64,000 nt of DNA from Tubulanus polymorphus. Lineage: Eukaryota; Animalia; Nemertea. The DNA lies in NCBI RefSeq assembly GCF_964204645.1, contig NC_134028.1, positions 2,728,001 through 2,792,000 of the forward strand, in the 5' to 3' direction. The notes under the pieces are model-generated. The model worked only from the letters and a program-made list of their open reading frames with translations. It was not told the origin of the DNA and did no database searches. Shown here one piece after another: positions 14,230 through 27,144 of the stretch. The position numbers were made by a program, and so were the translations under genes. Every line of letters begins with the position of its first letter. The stretch's first letter is position 1.

Positions 14230-16800
14230 TTTTTATCATTGATAAAATTACTCTTGGGATCATCTATAAAATACATTAATGTTCAGATGTTTTTAATCAT
14301 GATAGGATTATACTGTTAGGTTAGGTTAATTTTATTGTTGTATGAACTGAGGGTAAATTTGTCATTGATGGAATTACTCTCAGGATCATCAGTAAAATAC
14401 ATTTATGAAATGCTTCATCAGATTTCTTTTTTTTCCAATTTTCAAAAATTATTTTTATTGAAACAGTTTATGATAGATTTTTTTTTAACTGAGGGTAATT
14501 TTATCATTGATAGAATTACTCTCAGGTCATCAGTAAAATACATTAATTATAAAGTTAGTAGGATTATCAGAAAAATATATTTATAGTAAAATTGATCAGT
14601 TTTAATTATGATAGAATACTGTTGCGAGGTTATTTTTATTGTTTTATGAACTGAGGGTAAATTTGTCATTGATAGAATTACTCTCAGGTCATCAGTAAAA
14701 TACATTAATCATAAAGTTAGTAGGATTATCAGACAAATATATTTATAGTAAAATTGATTAGTTTTAATTATGATAGAATACTGTTAGGTTAGGTTAATTT
14801 TATTGTTGTATGAACTGAGGGTAAATTTGTCATTGATGGAATTACTCTCAGGATCATCAGTAAAATACATTTATGAAATGCTTCATCAGATTTCTTTTTT
14901 TTCCAATTTTCAAAAATTATTTTTATTGAAACAGTTTATGATAGATTTTTTTTTAACTGAGGGTAATTTTATCATTGATAGAATTACTCTCAGGTCATCA
15001 GTAAAATACATTAATGATAAAGTTAGTAGGATTATCAGAAAAATATATTTATAGTAAAATTGATCAGTTTTAATTATGATAGAATACTGTTGCGAGGTTA
15101 TTTTTATTGTTTTATGAACTGAGGGTAAATTTGTCATTGATAGAATTACTCTCAGGTCATCAGTAAAATACATTAATCATAAAGTTAGTAGGATTATCAG
15201 TAAAATATATTTACAGTAAAATTGATCAGTTTCAATCATGATAGAATACTGTTAGGTTAGGTTAATTTTATTGTTGTATGAACTGAGGGTAAATTTTTTC
15301 ATTGATAGAATTACTCTCAGGTCATCAGTAAAATACATTAATTATAAAATTAGTAGGATTTTCAGAAAAATATATTTATAGTAAAATTGATCAGTTTTAA
15401 TTATGATAGAATACTGTTAGGTTATTATTATTGTTTTATGAACTGAGGGTAATTTTGTCATTGATAGAATTACTCTCAGGTCATCAGTAAAATACATTAA
15501 TCATAAAGTCAGTCCGATTATCAGTAAAATATATTTATAGTAAAATTGATTAGTTTCAATCATGATAGAATACTGTTAGGTTATTATTATTGATTTATGA
15601 ACTGAGGGTAATTTTATCATTGATAGAATTACTCTCAGGTCATCAGTAAAATACATTAATTATAAAGTTAGTAGGATTATCAGTAAAATATATTTTAGTA
15701 AAATTGATTAGTTTTAATTATGATAGAATACTGTTAGGTTATTTTTATTGTTTTATGAACTGAGGGTAAATCTGTCATTGATAGAATTACTCTCAGGTCA
15801 TCAGTAAAATACATTAATTATAAAGTTAGTAGGATTATCAGTAAAATATATTTACAGTAAAATTGATCAGTTTCAATCATGATAGAATACTGTTAGGTTA
15901 TTATTATTGTTTTATGAACTGAGGGTAATTTTGTCATTGATAGAATTACTCTCAGGTCATCAGTAAAATACATTAATTATAAAGTTACTCCGATTATCAG
16001 TAAAATATATTTATAGTAAAATTGATTAGTTTCAATCATGATAGAATACTGTTAGGTTATTTTTATTGTTTTATGAACTGAGGGTAAATTTGTCATTGAT
16101 AGAATTACTCTCAGGTCGTCAGTAAAATACATTAATCATAAAGTTAGTAGGATTATCAGTAAAATATATTTTAGTAAAATTGATTAGTTTTAATCATGAT
16201 AGAATATTGTTAGGTTATTATTATTGTTTTATGAACTGAGGGTAATTTTATCATTGATAGAATTACTCTCAGGTCATCAGTAAAATACATTAATCATAAA
16301 GTTAGTCCGATTATCAGTAAAATATATCTATAGTAAAATTGATTAGTTTCAATCATGATAGAATATTGTTAGGTTATTATTATTGTTTTATGAACTGAGG
16401 GTAATTTTATCATTGATAGAATTACTCTCAGGTCATCAGTAAAATACATTAATTATAAAGTTAGTCCGATTATCAGTAAAATATGTTTATAGTAAAATTG
16501 ATTAGTTTTAATTATGATAGAATACTGTTAGGTTATTTTTATTGTTTTATGAACTGAGGGTAATTTTTTCATTGATAGAATTACTCTCAGGTCATCAGTA
16601 AAATACATTAATTATAAAGTTAGTAGGATTATCAGTAAAATATATTTACAGTAATATTGATCAGTTTTAATTATGATAGAATACTGCGAGGTTATTTTTA
16701 TCGTTTTATGAACTGAGGGTAGATTTGTAATTGATAGAATTACTCTCAGGTCATCAGTAATATACATTAATTATAAAGTTAGTAGGATTATCAGTAAAAT
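14230..16800. repeat. ~159-bp AT-rich satellite (~16 copies) with an internal 37-bp palindrome
   Basis: GAACTGAGGG recurs at 15440, 15599, 15757 and 15916. Each unit contains CTGAGGGTAATTTTATCA-T-TGATAGAATTACTCTCAG. The left end has a 468-bp three-unit duplication (14335 vs 14803). Confidence 0.97.
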
Positions 16801-17639
16801 ATATCCATATTAAAATTTCTTTCTTTGAATTTCAAAAAAATATTTTTATTAAAAGATGATATTGTTAGATCTATTTTGACCTTTGTTTCTCGTTCGACGC
16901 CATGACAAAAGTATTTACAAGTCAGTTTTTTTTTCAATAGAGCGTTTGAGCATAATTGATATCAGTTTTATATTTACATGTAGGCCTATGTGTGTGGGAT
17001 TCATTTTGAATGATTTTTTCCAGGATATGATTTGTATATTATAGGATAGATTGTAACTGAAGGAAAGAGTAGATTGTTTAAATCGGTTTTTAACTTATTT
17101 AGGAAAATAGAGAAATGAAAGAAATTGATTTTTCTAGTTTTTTCTGGGTGATTATTTCTGTTCTAAGTTCTATGGGGTTCTTCTTTAAAGTTTTTTTTTT
17201 CAAACATTTCTTTTGATGTTCTTGAACCTTTAAGCACATATAGGCTATTGCTTTCACTTTTTGTCCATCGTCTTCCATCCATAGAATCTAGTTATTTTGG
17301 GAAGATGCTTCAATGGATCATCATTATATGAAATTGGGGTTAGCCTAATATTGAATTGTATGAAATTGTTCAGTTTGTATTGGTACTCATTCTATGATTG
17401 TGGTTTCTGTATATGTTCACTGGGCGCATTGTCAGATTGTCAAGCATTTCATTCAAAGGGCATGGTGTCCCTGGACCACTGATGTCAGCGCTTTTAAGGT
17501 TCTCAAACACATTTCATATAAACAGCTATATTTATTGAATGAGATTATTTCTAACCTTGTTTCATTTTCATATTTCCCCCATAATCTTTCATGTTTCACT
17601 TATTTCTCTTTAGTCTTTAGTTGCACAATGTATTGTCAT

Positions 17640-18180
17640 GGCTGTGGCCTGTCCATCTATCCACATTAATAGCGGCACTTAAGATGGCTAACTGGCAGCC
17701 AGATTTGATAGTTAAAACTATTATTTAGTCTAGTACTCGAAATCATTATTACAATGGAAACGATGTTGGGTGCTAAGTGAAGCATTGGTAACATGCATGC
17801 TCAAGAAGGCTGACTGGCAGCTATATTTAATTCTCAAAACTAGGGGTGTAGTTTGAATAAGTTTGGGCTAGAGTGCTATGGTAATGATTGATATTCATTT
17901 TGGCTACGAAGTCTGAATCGAGATGGCTCACTGGCAGCCATGATTGGAAAAGGTGTAAGGTACCACAATGGTTGAAATCACACTAAAATGGCTGACTTGT
18001 GCCCATATTGGTTGTAAAGCTAACTGGTGACCATATCAGATTTCATTATTTTATTTTCATTATAAAGATGGCTGACTGGTGGCTGAATTGGATTTATCTT
18101 TTCATTTTCACAATCAAGATGGCTGACTGGTAGCCGTATTGAATTTCAGTAATCTCCTGTGTCTCGTATGCACTTGTTTT
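17640..18180 (+). mobile_element. Degenerate Helentron/HINE-like repeat
   Basis: About six copies of the AAGATGGCTGACTGG(C/T)(A/G)GC motif, ending TGCACTTGTTTT. Similar in style to 4176-4744. Confidence 0.4.
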
Positions 18181-18828
18181 CTGCATGCAATTTTTTCTAT
18201 CGCTCTTCTCTACTACCTGCAGCTTTCTCATTCAATAAATATCAATGTACATATCAACTCACAAGAAGCCAAACATAATAGTTGGCATTATCATTGGGAG
18301 GTGCACCTGGCCTAATATACCGCGTGGTAAAACCCACTCTTTCTGTGATTGTGTAGTACCAGTAATTGGTGATCATCGAGTGAGTGATTGGCCTGGCCCA
18401 GTTATTCTAAAATCACTTGGGCTTTTATTATTATAGGTAAATAATGATGAAAACTAAAAATTTAGATATTTCATCAAATTGATCGACACATTTTGTCTGT
18501 ACTAACTCTATTGTAAAATTGTAAATAGTTGTTGGTTTTTATTTGTGTATTTTATGTTTTTTTATTGATTATAATTTCTACATGTAAATATACTTTTTAG
18601 GTATCTTTTAAACTTGGATTTTAAATATTATCTTAAAACCTTTTAATTTTCTTAACTACATAATATCTATACATCGATTCAAGCTAATTTAGCCCAGATT
18701 TTTAATATAGTTTAGTCCACATTTTCATAAATTGCTTTATTTAATACAACCATAAGAAGAATTTATCCAATCTTGGCTTTATACCTTTACCAGTGTTTTA
18801 GAATTGTCCTGAGGACGACGTTAAACTG

Positions 18829-19185
18829 CCTCTCTCCTCTCTCTCTCTCTCTCTCTTCCTCTCTCTCTCTCCTCTCTTCTCTCCTCTCTCTCTCTCTCTC
18901 CTCTCTCCTCTCTCCCTCCCCTCTCCCTCTCCCTCTCCCTCTCCCTCTCCTCTCCCTCTCTCCCTCTCCCTCTCCCTCTCCTCTCCCCTCCCCTCCCCTC
19001 CCTCTCCCTCCCCTCTCCCTCTCCCTCTCCCTCCCTCTCCCTCTCCCTCTCCCTCTCCCTCTCCCTCTCCCATCCTCCCTCCCATCCCCCTCCCTCTCCC
19101 ATCCCCTCCCATCCCCCTCTCCCTCTCCCCCTCTTCCTCCTTCCCTCTTCCCTCTTCCCTCTTCCCTCTCCCTCTCTCCTCTCTC

Positions 19186-19231
<46 letters not shown>

Positions 19232-19410
19232 CTCTCTCCTCTCTCCCCTCTCCTCTCTCTCCTCTCCTCTCTCTCTTCCTCTCTCCCCTTCCTCTCTCTC
19301 CTCTCCTCTCTCTCTCCTCTCTCTCTCCTCTCCCTCTCCCTCTCTTCTCTCCTCTCCTCTCTCTCTCCTCCTCTCTCCTCTTTCTCCTCTCTCTCCTCCC
19401 ATTCCTCTCT
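18829..19410. repeat. ~580-bp polypyrimidine (CT/CCT-rich) tract followed by (GAT)n
   Basis: Almost exclusively C and T on the + strand. (GAT)n at 19421-19449. Confidence 0.97.
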
Positions 19411-19499
19411 GGTTTGGTTTGATGATGATGGTGATGATGATGATGATGGTATAAAGAATTCATACTGAAAAGCAGTTAAGAAGATTTTCATTTGACACT

Positions 19500-21676
19500 G
19501 TGTAAGATACCTCTAGTGATTTGTCTAAGTGTAAGACTGCTCATGGGATAGGTCTAGTGTAAGACTTCTAAGACTGGACTGCTTGTAGGATATGTCTAAG
19601 TGTAAGACCTCGAAGACTGCTTGTAGGATAGGTACAAATCTAAGACTGCTTATGGGATAAGTGTAAGACTTCTAAGACCTTACGGGATAGGTCTAAGTGT
19701 AAGACTACTAAGACTGCTTGTGGGATAGGTCTAAGTGTAAGACTACTAACACTGCTTGTGGGATAGGTCTAAATATAAGACTTCTAAGACTGCTTGCGGA
19801 ATAGGTCTAAGTGTAAGACTTCTAAGACTGCTTGCAGAATAGGTCTTAGTGTAAGACTACTAACACTGCTTGTGGGATAGGTCTAAGTGTAAGACTACTA
19901 ACACTGCTTGTGGGATAGGTCTAAATGTAAGACTTCTAAGACTACTTGCGGAATAGGTCTAAGTGTAAGACTACTAAGACTGCTTGCGGAATAGGTCTTA
20001 GTGTAAGACTACTAAGACTGCTTGTGGGATAGGTCTAAGTGTAAGACTACTAACACTGCTTGTGGGATAGGTCTAAATGTAAGACTTCTAAGACTACTTG
20101 CGGAATAGGTCTAAGTGTAAGACTACTAAGACTGCTTGCGGAATAGGTCTAAGTGTAAGACTACTAACACTGCTTGTGGGATAGGTCTAAATGTAAGACT
20201 TCTAAGACTGCTTGCGGAATAGGTCTAAGTGTAAGACTTCTAATACTACTTGCGGAATAGGTCTAAGTGTAAGACTACTAACACTGCTTGCGGAATAGGT
20301 CTTAGTGTAAGACTACTAACACTGCTTGTGGGATAGGTCTAAGTGTAAGACTACTAACACTGCTTGTGGGATAGGTCTAAATGTAAGACTTCTAAGACTA
20401 CTTGCGGAATAGGTCTAAGTGTAAGACTACTAAGACTGCTTGCGGAATAGGTCTAAGTGTAAGACTACTAACACTGCTTGTGGGATAGGTCTAAATGTAA
20501 GACTTCTAAGACTGCTTGCGGAATAGGTCTAAGTGTAAGACTTCTAAGACTACTTGCGGAATAGGTCTAAGTGTAAGACTACTAAGACTGCTTGCGGAAT
20601 AGGTCTTAGTGTAAGACTACTAACACTGCTTGTGGGATAGGTCTAAGTGTAAGACTACTAACACTGTTTGTGGGATAGGTCTAAATGTAAGACTTCTAAG
20701 ACTACTTGCGGAATAGGTCTAAGTGTAAGACTACTAAGACTGCTTGCGGAATAGGTCTTAGTGTAAGACTACTAAGACTGCTTGTGGGATAGGTCTAAGT
20801 GTAAGACTACTAACACTGCTTGTGGGATAGGTCTAAATGTAAGACTTCTAAGACTACTTGCGGAATAGGTCTAAGTGTAAGACTACTAAGACTGCTTGCG
20901 GAATAGGTCTAAGTGTAAGACTACTAACACTGCTTGTGGGATAGGTCTAAATGTAAGACTTCTAAGACTGCTTGCGGAATAGGTCTAAGTGTAAGACTTC
21001 TAAGACTACTTGCGGAATAGGTCTAAGTGTAAGACTACTAAGACTGCTTGCGGAATAGGTCTTAGTGTAAGACTACTAACACTGCTTGTGGGATAGGTCT
21101 AAATGTAAGACTTCTAAGACTGCTTGCGGATAGGTCTAAGTGTAAGACTACTAAGACTGCTTGCGGAATAGGTCTTAGTGTAAGACTACTAAGACTGCTT
21201 GCGGAATAGGTCTAAATGTAAGACTCCTAAGACTGCTTATGGGATAGGTCTAAGTGTAAGACTACTAAGACTGCTTACAGGATAGGTCTAAATGTAAGAC
21301 TTCTAAGACTGCTTGCGGGATAGGTCTAAGTGTAAGACTACTAAGACTGCTTGTGGGATAGGTCTTAGTGTAAGACTGCTAAGACTGCTTGTGGGATAGG
21401 TCTAAATGTAAGACTTCTAAGACTGCTTGCGGAATAGGTCTAAGTGTAAGACTTCTAAGACTATTTGCGGGATAGGTCTAAGTGTAAGACTTCTAAGACT
21501 GCTTGTGGGATAGGTCTTAGTGTAAGACTGCTAAGACGGCTTATAAGACTGTTTATAGGATAAGTACAATTCTAAGACTGCTTATGGCATAGGTCTAAGT
21601 CTAAGACTTCTAAGACGGCTTATAAGACTGGTACAAATCTAAGACTGCTTATGGGATAGGTCTAAGTCTAAGACTA
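19500..21676. repeat. 38-bp satellite (~55 copies) with 4-mer/8-mer higher-order structure
   Basis: Unit TAAGACTGCTTG(T/C)GG(G/A)ATAGGTCTAAGTGTAAGACT(A/T)C, with monomers at 19861, 19899, 19937, 19975 and onward. Confidence 0.97.
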
Positions 21677-21699
21677 TACATAGTGGTGTAATACATGGT

Positions 21700-23085
21700 G
21701 TTGTAATACATGGTGTTGTGCGCTATGTAAATTGCTGTTAAGTTCAGCTATCTTGAAACATTGATACTTGTACTGAAACATTGATACATGTACTGAAACA
21801 ATGATATGTGTACTGATATGGTGGCTTGTTCTACCTCCCCTTCCTAGGGGTGATGTCACTGTTCAATAACTATGATACTGGCTTGTTGATGTGACCTTCT
21901 TCGCTCTTTGATATTTGAAATAGGTATAAGATAATAATAGATAAAAATAATATGTTAAATAATAATAGGTACAGAATAATAATAGGCTTAGTAAAATAAT
22001 TATAATTTGTTGTGAAATAATGTTTCTCCTTGGTTATTGCTGTATGGTAGTTGGTTCTACATCAACTTATCAACTTCACTGAATGATGCTGATAGCTTCT
22101 GTGGTGTTCAGCTATCTTGAAACACTGATACTTGTACTGAAACATTGATACATGTACTGAAACAATGATATGTGTACTGATATGGTGGCTTGTTCCCCTT
22201 CCTAGGGGTGATGTGACCTTCTTCGCTCTTTGATATTTGAAATAGGTATAAGATAATAATAGATATGAAATAATGATAGATATAGAAAAATATGTTAAAT
22301 AATAATAGGTATGAAATGATAATAGGCTTAGTAAAATAATTATAATTTGTTTGAAATAATGTTTCTCCTTGGTTATTGCTGTATGGTAGTTGCTTCTACA
22401 TCAACTTATCAACTTCACTGAATGATGCTGATAGCTTCTGTGGAGTTCAGCCATCTTGAAACATTGATACATGTACTGAAACATTGATACATGTACTGAA
22501 ACATTGATACATGTACTGAAAAATTGATGCATGTACTAAAACAGTGATACACATACTGATTTGGTGGTACGTTTTATCTCTTCTCCTCTGCTTTTAGGGA
22601 TATGATAAATGTCAATGTTCAATAGCTATGATACTGGCTAGTTGATGTGACCTCACACTTTTAATACATATATCAAATGAATAATAGGTATGAAATAATA
22701 AGGTATACTAAAAGAATTATGAATTGTCTCCTCCTCCACCTCATGTAGGGACGATGTTGAGATTCGGGATCTCCTATCTACTCATTCTTGAAATTTCGAG
22801 TACAAGAGACTCAAAACACCGATTGTTGTCTCTTCAAAATACTGCTGATTATAATAGGTATGAAATAATAAGGTATACTAAAAGAATTATGAATTGTCTC
22901 CTCCTCCACCTCATGTAGGGACGATGTTGAGATTCGGGATCTCCTATCTACTCATTCTTGAAATTTCGAGTACAAGAGACTCAAAACACCGATTGTTGTC
23001 TCTTCAAAATACTGCTGATTACTGGTGAAATGAATTTCCAATTCCCATTATCATTGACGTTAATTGTCAGTGACTCAAAACACTA
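21700..23085. repeat. Copy 1 of a duplicated spacer module with internal ~0.35-0.4 kb subrepeats and 20-bp AAACATTGATACATGTACTG repeats
   Basis: Near-identical to 23420-24840. GCGCTATGTAAATTGCTG occurs at ~21720 and ~23426. Confidence 0.9.
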
Positions 23086-23415
23086 CTAAGACTGCTTGCG
23101 GAATAGGTCTAAGTGTAAGACTTCTAAGATTGCTTGCGGGATAGGTCTAAGTGTAAGACTTCTAAGACTGCTTGCGGGATAGGTCTAAGTGTAAGACTAC
23201 TAAGACTGCTTGCGGGATAGGTCTAAGTGTAAGACTACTAAGACTGCTTGTGGGATAGGTCTAAGTGTAAGACTACTAAGACTGCTTGCGGGATAGGACT
23301 TAGTGTAAGACTTCTAAGACTTCTTATAAGACTGCTTATAGGATAGGTACAAGTCTAAGACTGCTTATGACATAGGTCAAAGTCTAAGACTTCTAAGTGT
23401 CTAAGACTAAGACTA
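23085..23415. repeat. Second, short block of the 38-bp satellite (~8 copies)
   Basis: Same unit and same degenerate right end as 19500-21676. Confidence 0.95.
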
Positions 23416-23419
23416 TACA

Positions 23420-24840
23420 TAGCGAGCGCTATGTAAATTGCTGTTAAGTTCAGCTATCTTGAAACATTGATACTTGTACTGAAACATTGATACATGTACT
23501 GAAACAATGATATGTGTACTGATATGGTGGTTTGTTCCCCTTCTTAGGGGTGATGTGACCTTCTTCGCTCTTTGATATTTGAAATAGGTATAAGATAATA
23601 ATAGATAAAAATAATATGTTAAATAATAATAGGTACAGAATAATAATAGGCTTAGTAAAATAATTATAATTTGTTGTGAAATAATGTTTCTCCTTGGTTA
23701 TTGCTGTATGGTAGTTGGTTCTACATCAACTTATCAACTTCACTGAATGATGCTGATAGCTTCTGTGGTGTTCAGCTATCTTGAAACACTGATACTTGTA
23801 CTGAAACATTGATACATGTACTGAAACAATGATATGTGTACTGATATGGTGGCTTGTTCCCCTTCCTAGGGGTGATGTGACCTTCTTCGCTCTTTGATAT
23901 TTAAAATAGGTATAAGATAATAATAGATATGAAATAATGATAGATATAGAAAAATATGTTAAATAATAATAGGTATGAAATGATAATAGGAATAGAATGA
24001 TGATAGGCTTAGTAAAATAATTATAATTAGTTTGAAATAATGTTTCTCCTTGGTTATTGCTGTATGGTAGTTGCTTCTACATCAACTTATCAACTTCACT
24101 GAATGATGCTGATAGCTTCTGTGGAGTTCAGCCATCTTGAAACACTGATACTTGTACTGAAACATTGATACATGAACTGAAACAATGATATGTGTACTGA
24201 TATGGTGGCTTGTTCCCCTTCCTTGGGTGATGTGACCTTCTTCGCTCTTTGATATTTAAAATAGGTATAAGATAATAATAGATATGAAATAATGGTAGAT
24301 ATAGAAAAATATGTTAAATAATAATAGGTATGAAATGATAATAGGAATAGAATGATAATAGGCTTAGTAAAATAATTATAATTTGTTTGAAATAATGTTT
24401 CTTCTTGGTTATTGCTGTATGGTAGTTGCTTCTATATCAACTTAATAACTTCACTGAATGATGCTGAAAGCTTCTGTGGAGTTCAGCCATCTTGAAACAT
24501 TGATACATGTACTGAAACATTGATACATGTACTGAAAAATTGATGCATGTACTAAAACAGTGATACACATACTGATTTGGTGGTACGTTTTATCTCTTCT
24601 CCTCGGCTTTTAGGGATATGATAAATGTCAATGTTCAATAGCTATGATACTGGCTAGTTGATGTGACCTCACACTTTTAATACATATATCAAATGAATAA
24701 TAGGTATGAAATAATAAGGTATACTAAGAGAATTATGAATTGTCTCCTCCTCCTCCTCCTCCTCCTCCACCTCATGTAGGGACGATGTTGAGATTCAGGA
24801 TCTCCTATCTACTCATTCTTGAAATTTCGAGTACAAACGA
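23420..24840. repeat. Copy 2 of the duplicated spacer module
   Basis: Matches 21700-23085. The near-identical ORFs at 22724 and 24740 reflect this duplication. Confidence 0.9.
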
Positions 24841-26850
24841 CTCAAAACACCGATTGCTGTCTCTTCAAAATACTGTTGATTGCTGCTGTTATGAATTTCC
24901 AATTCACATTATCATTGACATTAATTGTCAGTGACTTAAAACACTGATTGCTGCCTCCTCCAAATACTGTTGATTGCTGCTGTTATGAATTTCCAATTCG
25001 CATTATCATTGACATCAATTGTCAGTGACTCAAAACACTGATTGCTGCCTTGTTCAAATACTGTTGATTGCTGCTGTAATGAATTTCTGGATTGCTATAT
25101 CATTGACGTTCCAATTCGCATTATCATTGATATCAATTGTCAGTGACTTAAAACACTGATTGCTGCCTCCTCCAAATACTGTTGATTGCTGCTGTAATCA
25201 ATTTCTGGGTTGCTATATCATTGACGTTCCAATTCGCATTATCATTGACGTTGATTGTCAGTGACTCAAAACACTGATTGCTGCCTCTTCCAAATACTGT
25301 TGGTTGCTGCTGTAATGAATTTCTGGGTTGCTATATCATTGACGTTCCAATTCGCATTATCATTGATATCAATTGTCAGTGACTTAAAACACTGATTGCT
25401 GCCTCCTCCAAATACTGTTGATTGCTGCTGAAATGAATTTCCAATTCGCATTATCATTGACATTAATTGTCAGTGACTCAAAACACCGATTGCTGCCTTG
25501 TTCAAATACTGTTGATTGCTGCTGTTATGAATTTCCAATTCGCATTATCATTGACATTAATTGTCAGTGACTCAAAACACTGATTGCTGCCTTGTTCAAA
25601 TACTGTTGATTGCTGCTGTTATGAATTTCCAATTCGCATTATCATTGACATTAATTGTCAGTGACACAAAACACTGATTGCTGCCTCCTCCAAATACTGT
25701 TGATTGCTGCTGAAATGAATTTCCAATTCGCATTATCATTGACATCAATTGTCAGTGTCTCAAAACACTGATTGCTGCCTTGTTCAAATACTGTTGATTG
25801 CTGCTGTAATGAATTTCTGGGTTGCTATATCATTGACGTTGATTGTCAGTGACTCAAAACACTGATTGCTGCTTTGTTCAAATACTGTTGATTGCTGCTG
25901 TAATGAATTTCTGGGTTGCTATATCATTGACGTTCCAATTCGCATTATCATTGACATTAATTGTCAGTGACTTAAAACACTGATTGCTGCCTCCTCCAAA
26001 TACTGTTGATTGCTGCTGAAATGAATTTCCAATTCGCATTATCATTGACATCAATTGTCAGTGACACAAAACACTGATTGCTGCCTCCTCCAAATACTGT
26101 TGATTGCTGCTGAAATGAATTTCCAATTCGCATTATCATTGACATCAATTGTCAGTGACACAAAACACTGATTGCTGCCTCCTCCAAATACTGTTGATTG
26201 CTGCTGAAATGAATTTCCAATTCGCATTATCATTGACATTAATTGTCAGTGACACAAAACACTGATTGCTGCCTCCTCCAAATACTGTTGATTGCTGCTG
26301 AAATGAATTTCCAATTCGCATTATCATTGACATCAATTGTCAGTGACACAAAACACTGATTGCTGCCTCCTCCAAATACTGTTGATTGCTGCTGAAATGA
26401 ATTTCCAATTCGCATTATCATTGACATCAATTGTCAGTGACACAAAACACTGATTGCTGCCTCCTCCAAATACTGTTGATTGCTGCTGAAATGAATTTCC
26501 AATTCGCATTATCATTGACGTTAATTGTCAGTGACTCAAAACACTGATTGCTGCTTTGTTCAAATACTGTTGATTGCTGCTGTAATGAATTTCTGGGTTG
26601 CTCTATCATTGACGTTCCAATTCGCATTATCATTGACATCAATTGTCAGTGACTCAAAACACTGATTGCTGCCTTGTTCAAATACTGTTGATTGCTGCTG
26701 TAATGAATTTCTGGGTTGCTATATCATTGACGTTCCAATTCGCATTATCATTGAAGTTAATTGTCAGTGACTCAAAACACTGATTGCTGCCTTGTTCAAA
26801 TACTGTTGATTGCTGCTGTAATCAATTTCCAATTCCATTATCAGTGACGT
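24839..26850. repeat. 94-bp satellite with 118-bp variants (~20 copies)
   Basis: Unit GTCAGTGACACAAAACACTGATTGCTGCCTCCTCCAAATACTGTTGATTGCTGCTGAAATGAATTTCCAATTCGCATTATCATTGACATCAATT. ORF-track offsets of 94 bp at 26051/26145/26239/26333/26427. Confidence 0.97.
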
Positions 26851-27144
26851 TAATTGGTGTTGTATGGTATGTAAATTGCTGTGAGGTTCAGCTGTCTTGA
26901 AACATTAATGCATGTACTGCAATATTGGTACATGAACTGAAACATTAATACACGTATTGAAATATTGATACACATACTGATTTGGTGGCACATTCTACCT
27001 CCCTTCCTGCTTTTAAGGGTGATATGAAAAATGTCAATGTTCAATAACTATGATACTGGCTGGTTCGATCTTTGATATTAACATTAATGAATGATAGCTA
27101 TGGAATATTAATAATAGAATTCCATTGAAAGTGTTCTCCTTCCC

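Noticed and set aside
14230-16800. CRISPR-like array (37-bp palindrome recurring at regular spacing)
   Set aside because: The sequences between palindromes are near-identical rather than unique spacers, there are no cas genes, and the context is eukaryotic.
18773-19491. Four long ORFs (Leu/Ser/Pro-rich or Arg/Glu/Gly-rich)
   Set aside because: A pure C/T tract cannot contain stop codons on either strand, so these are artefactual.
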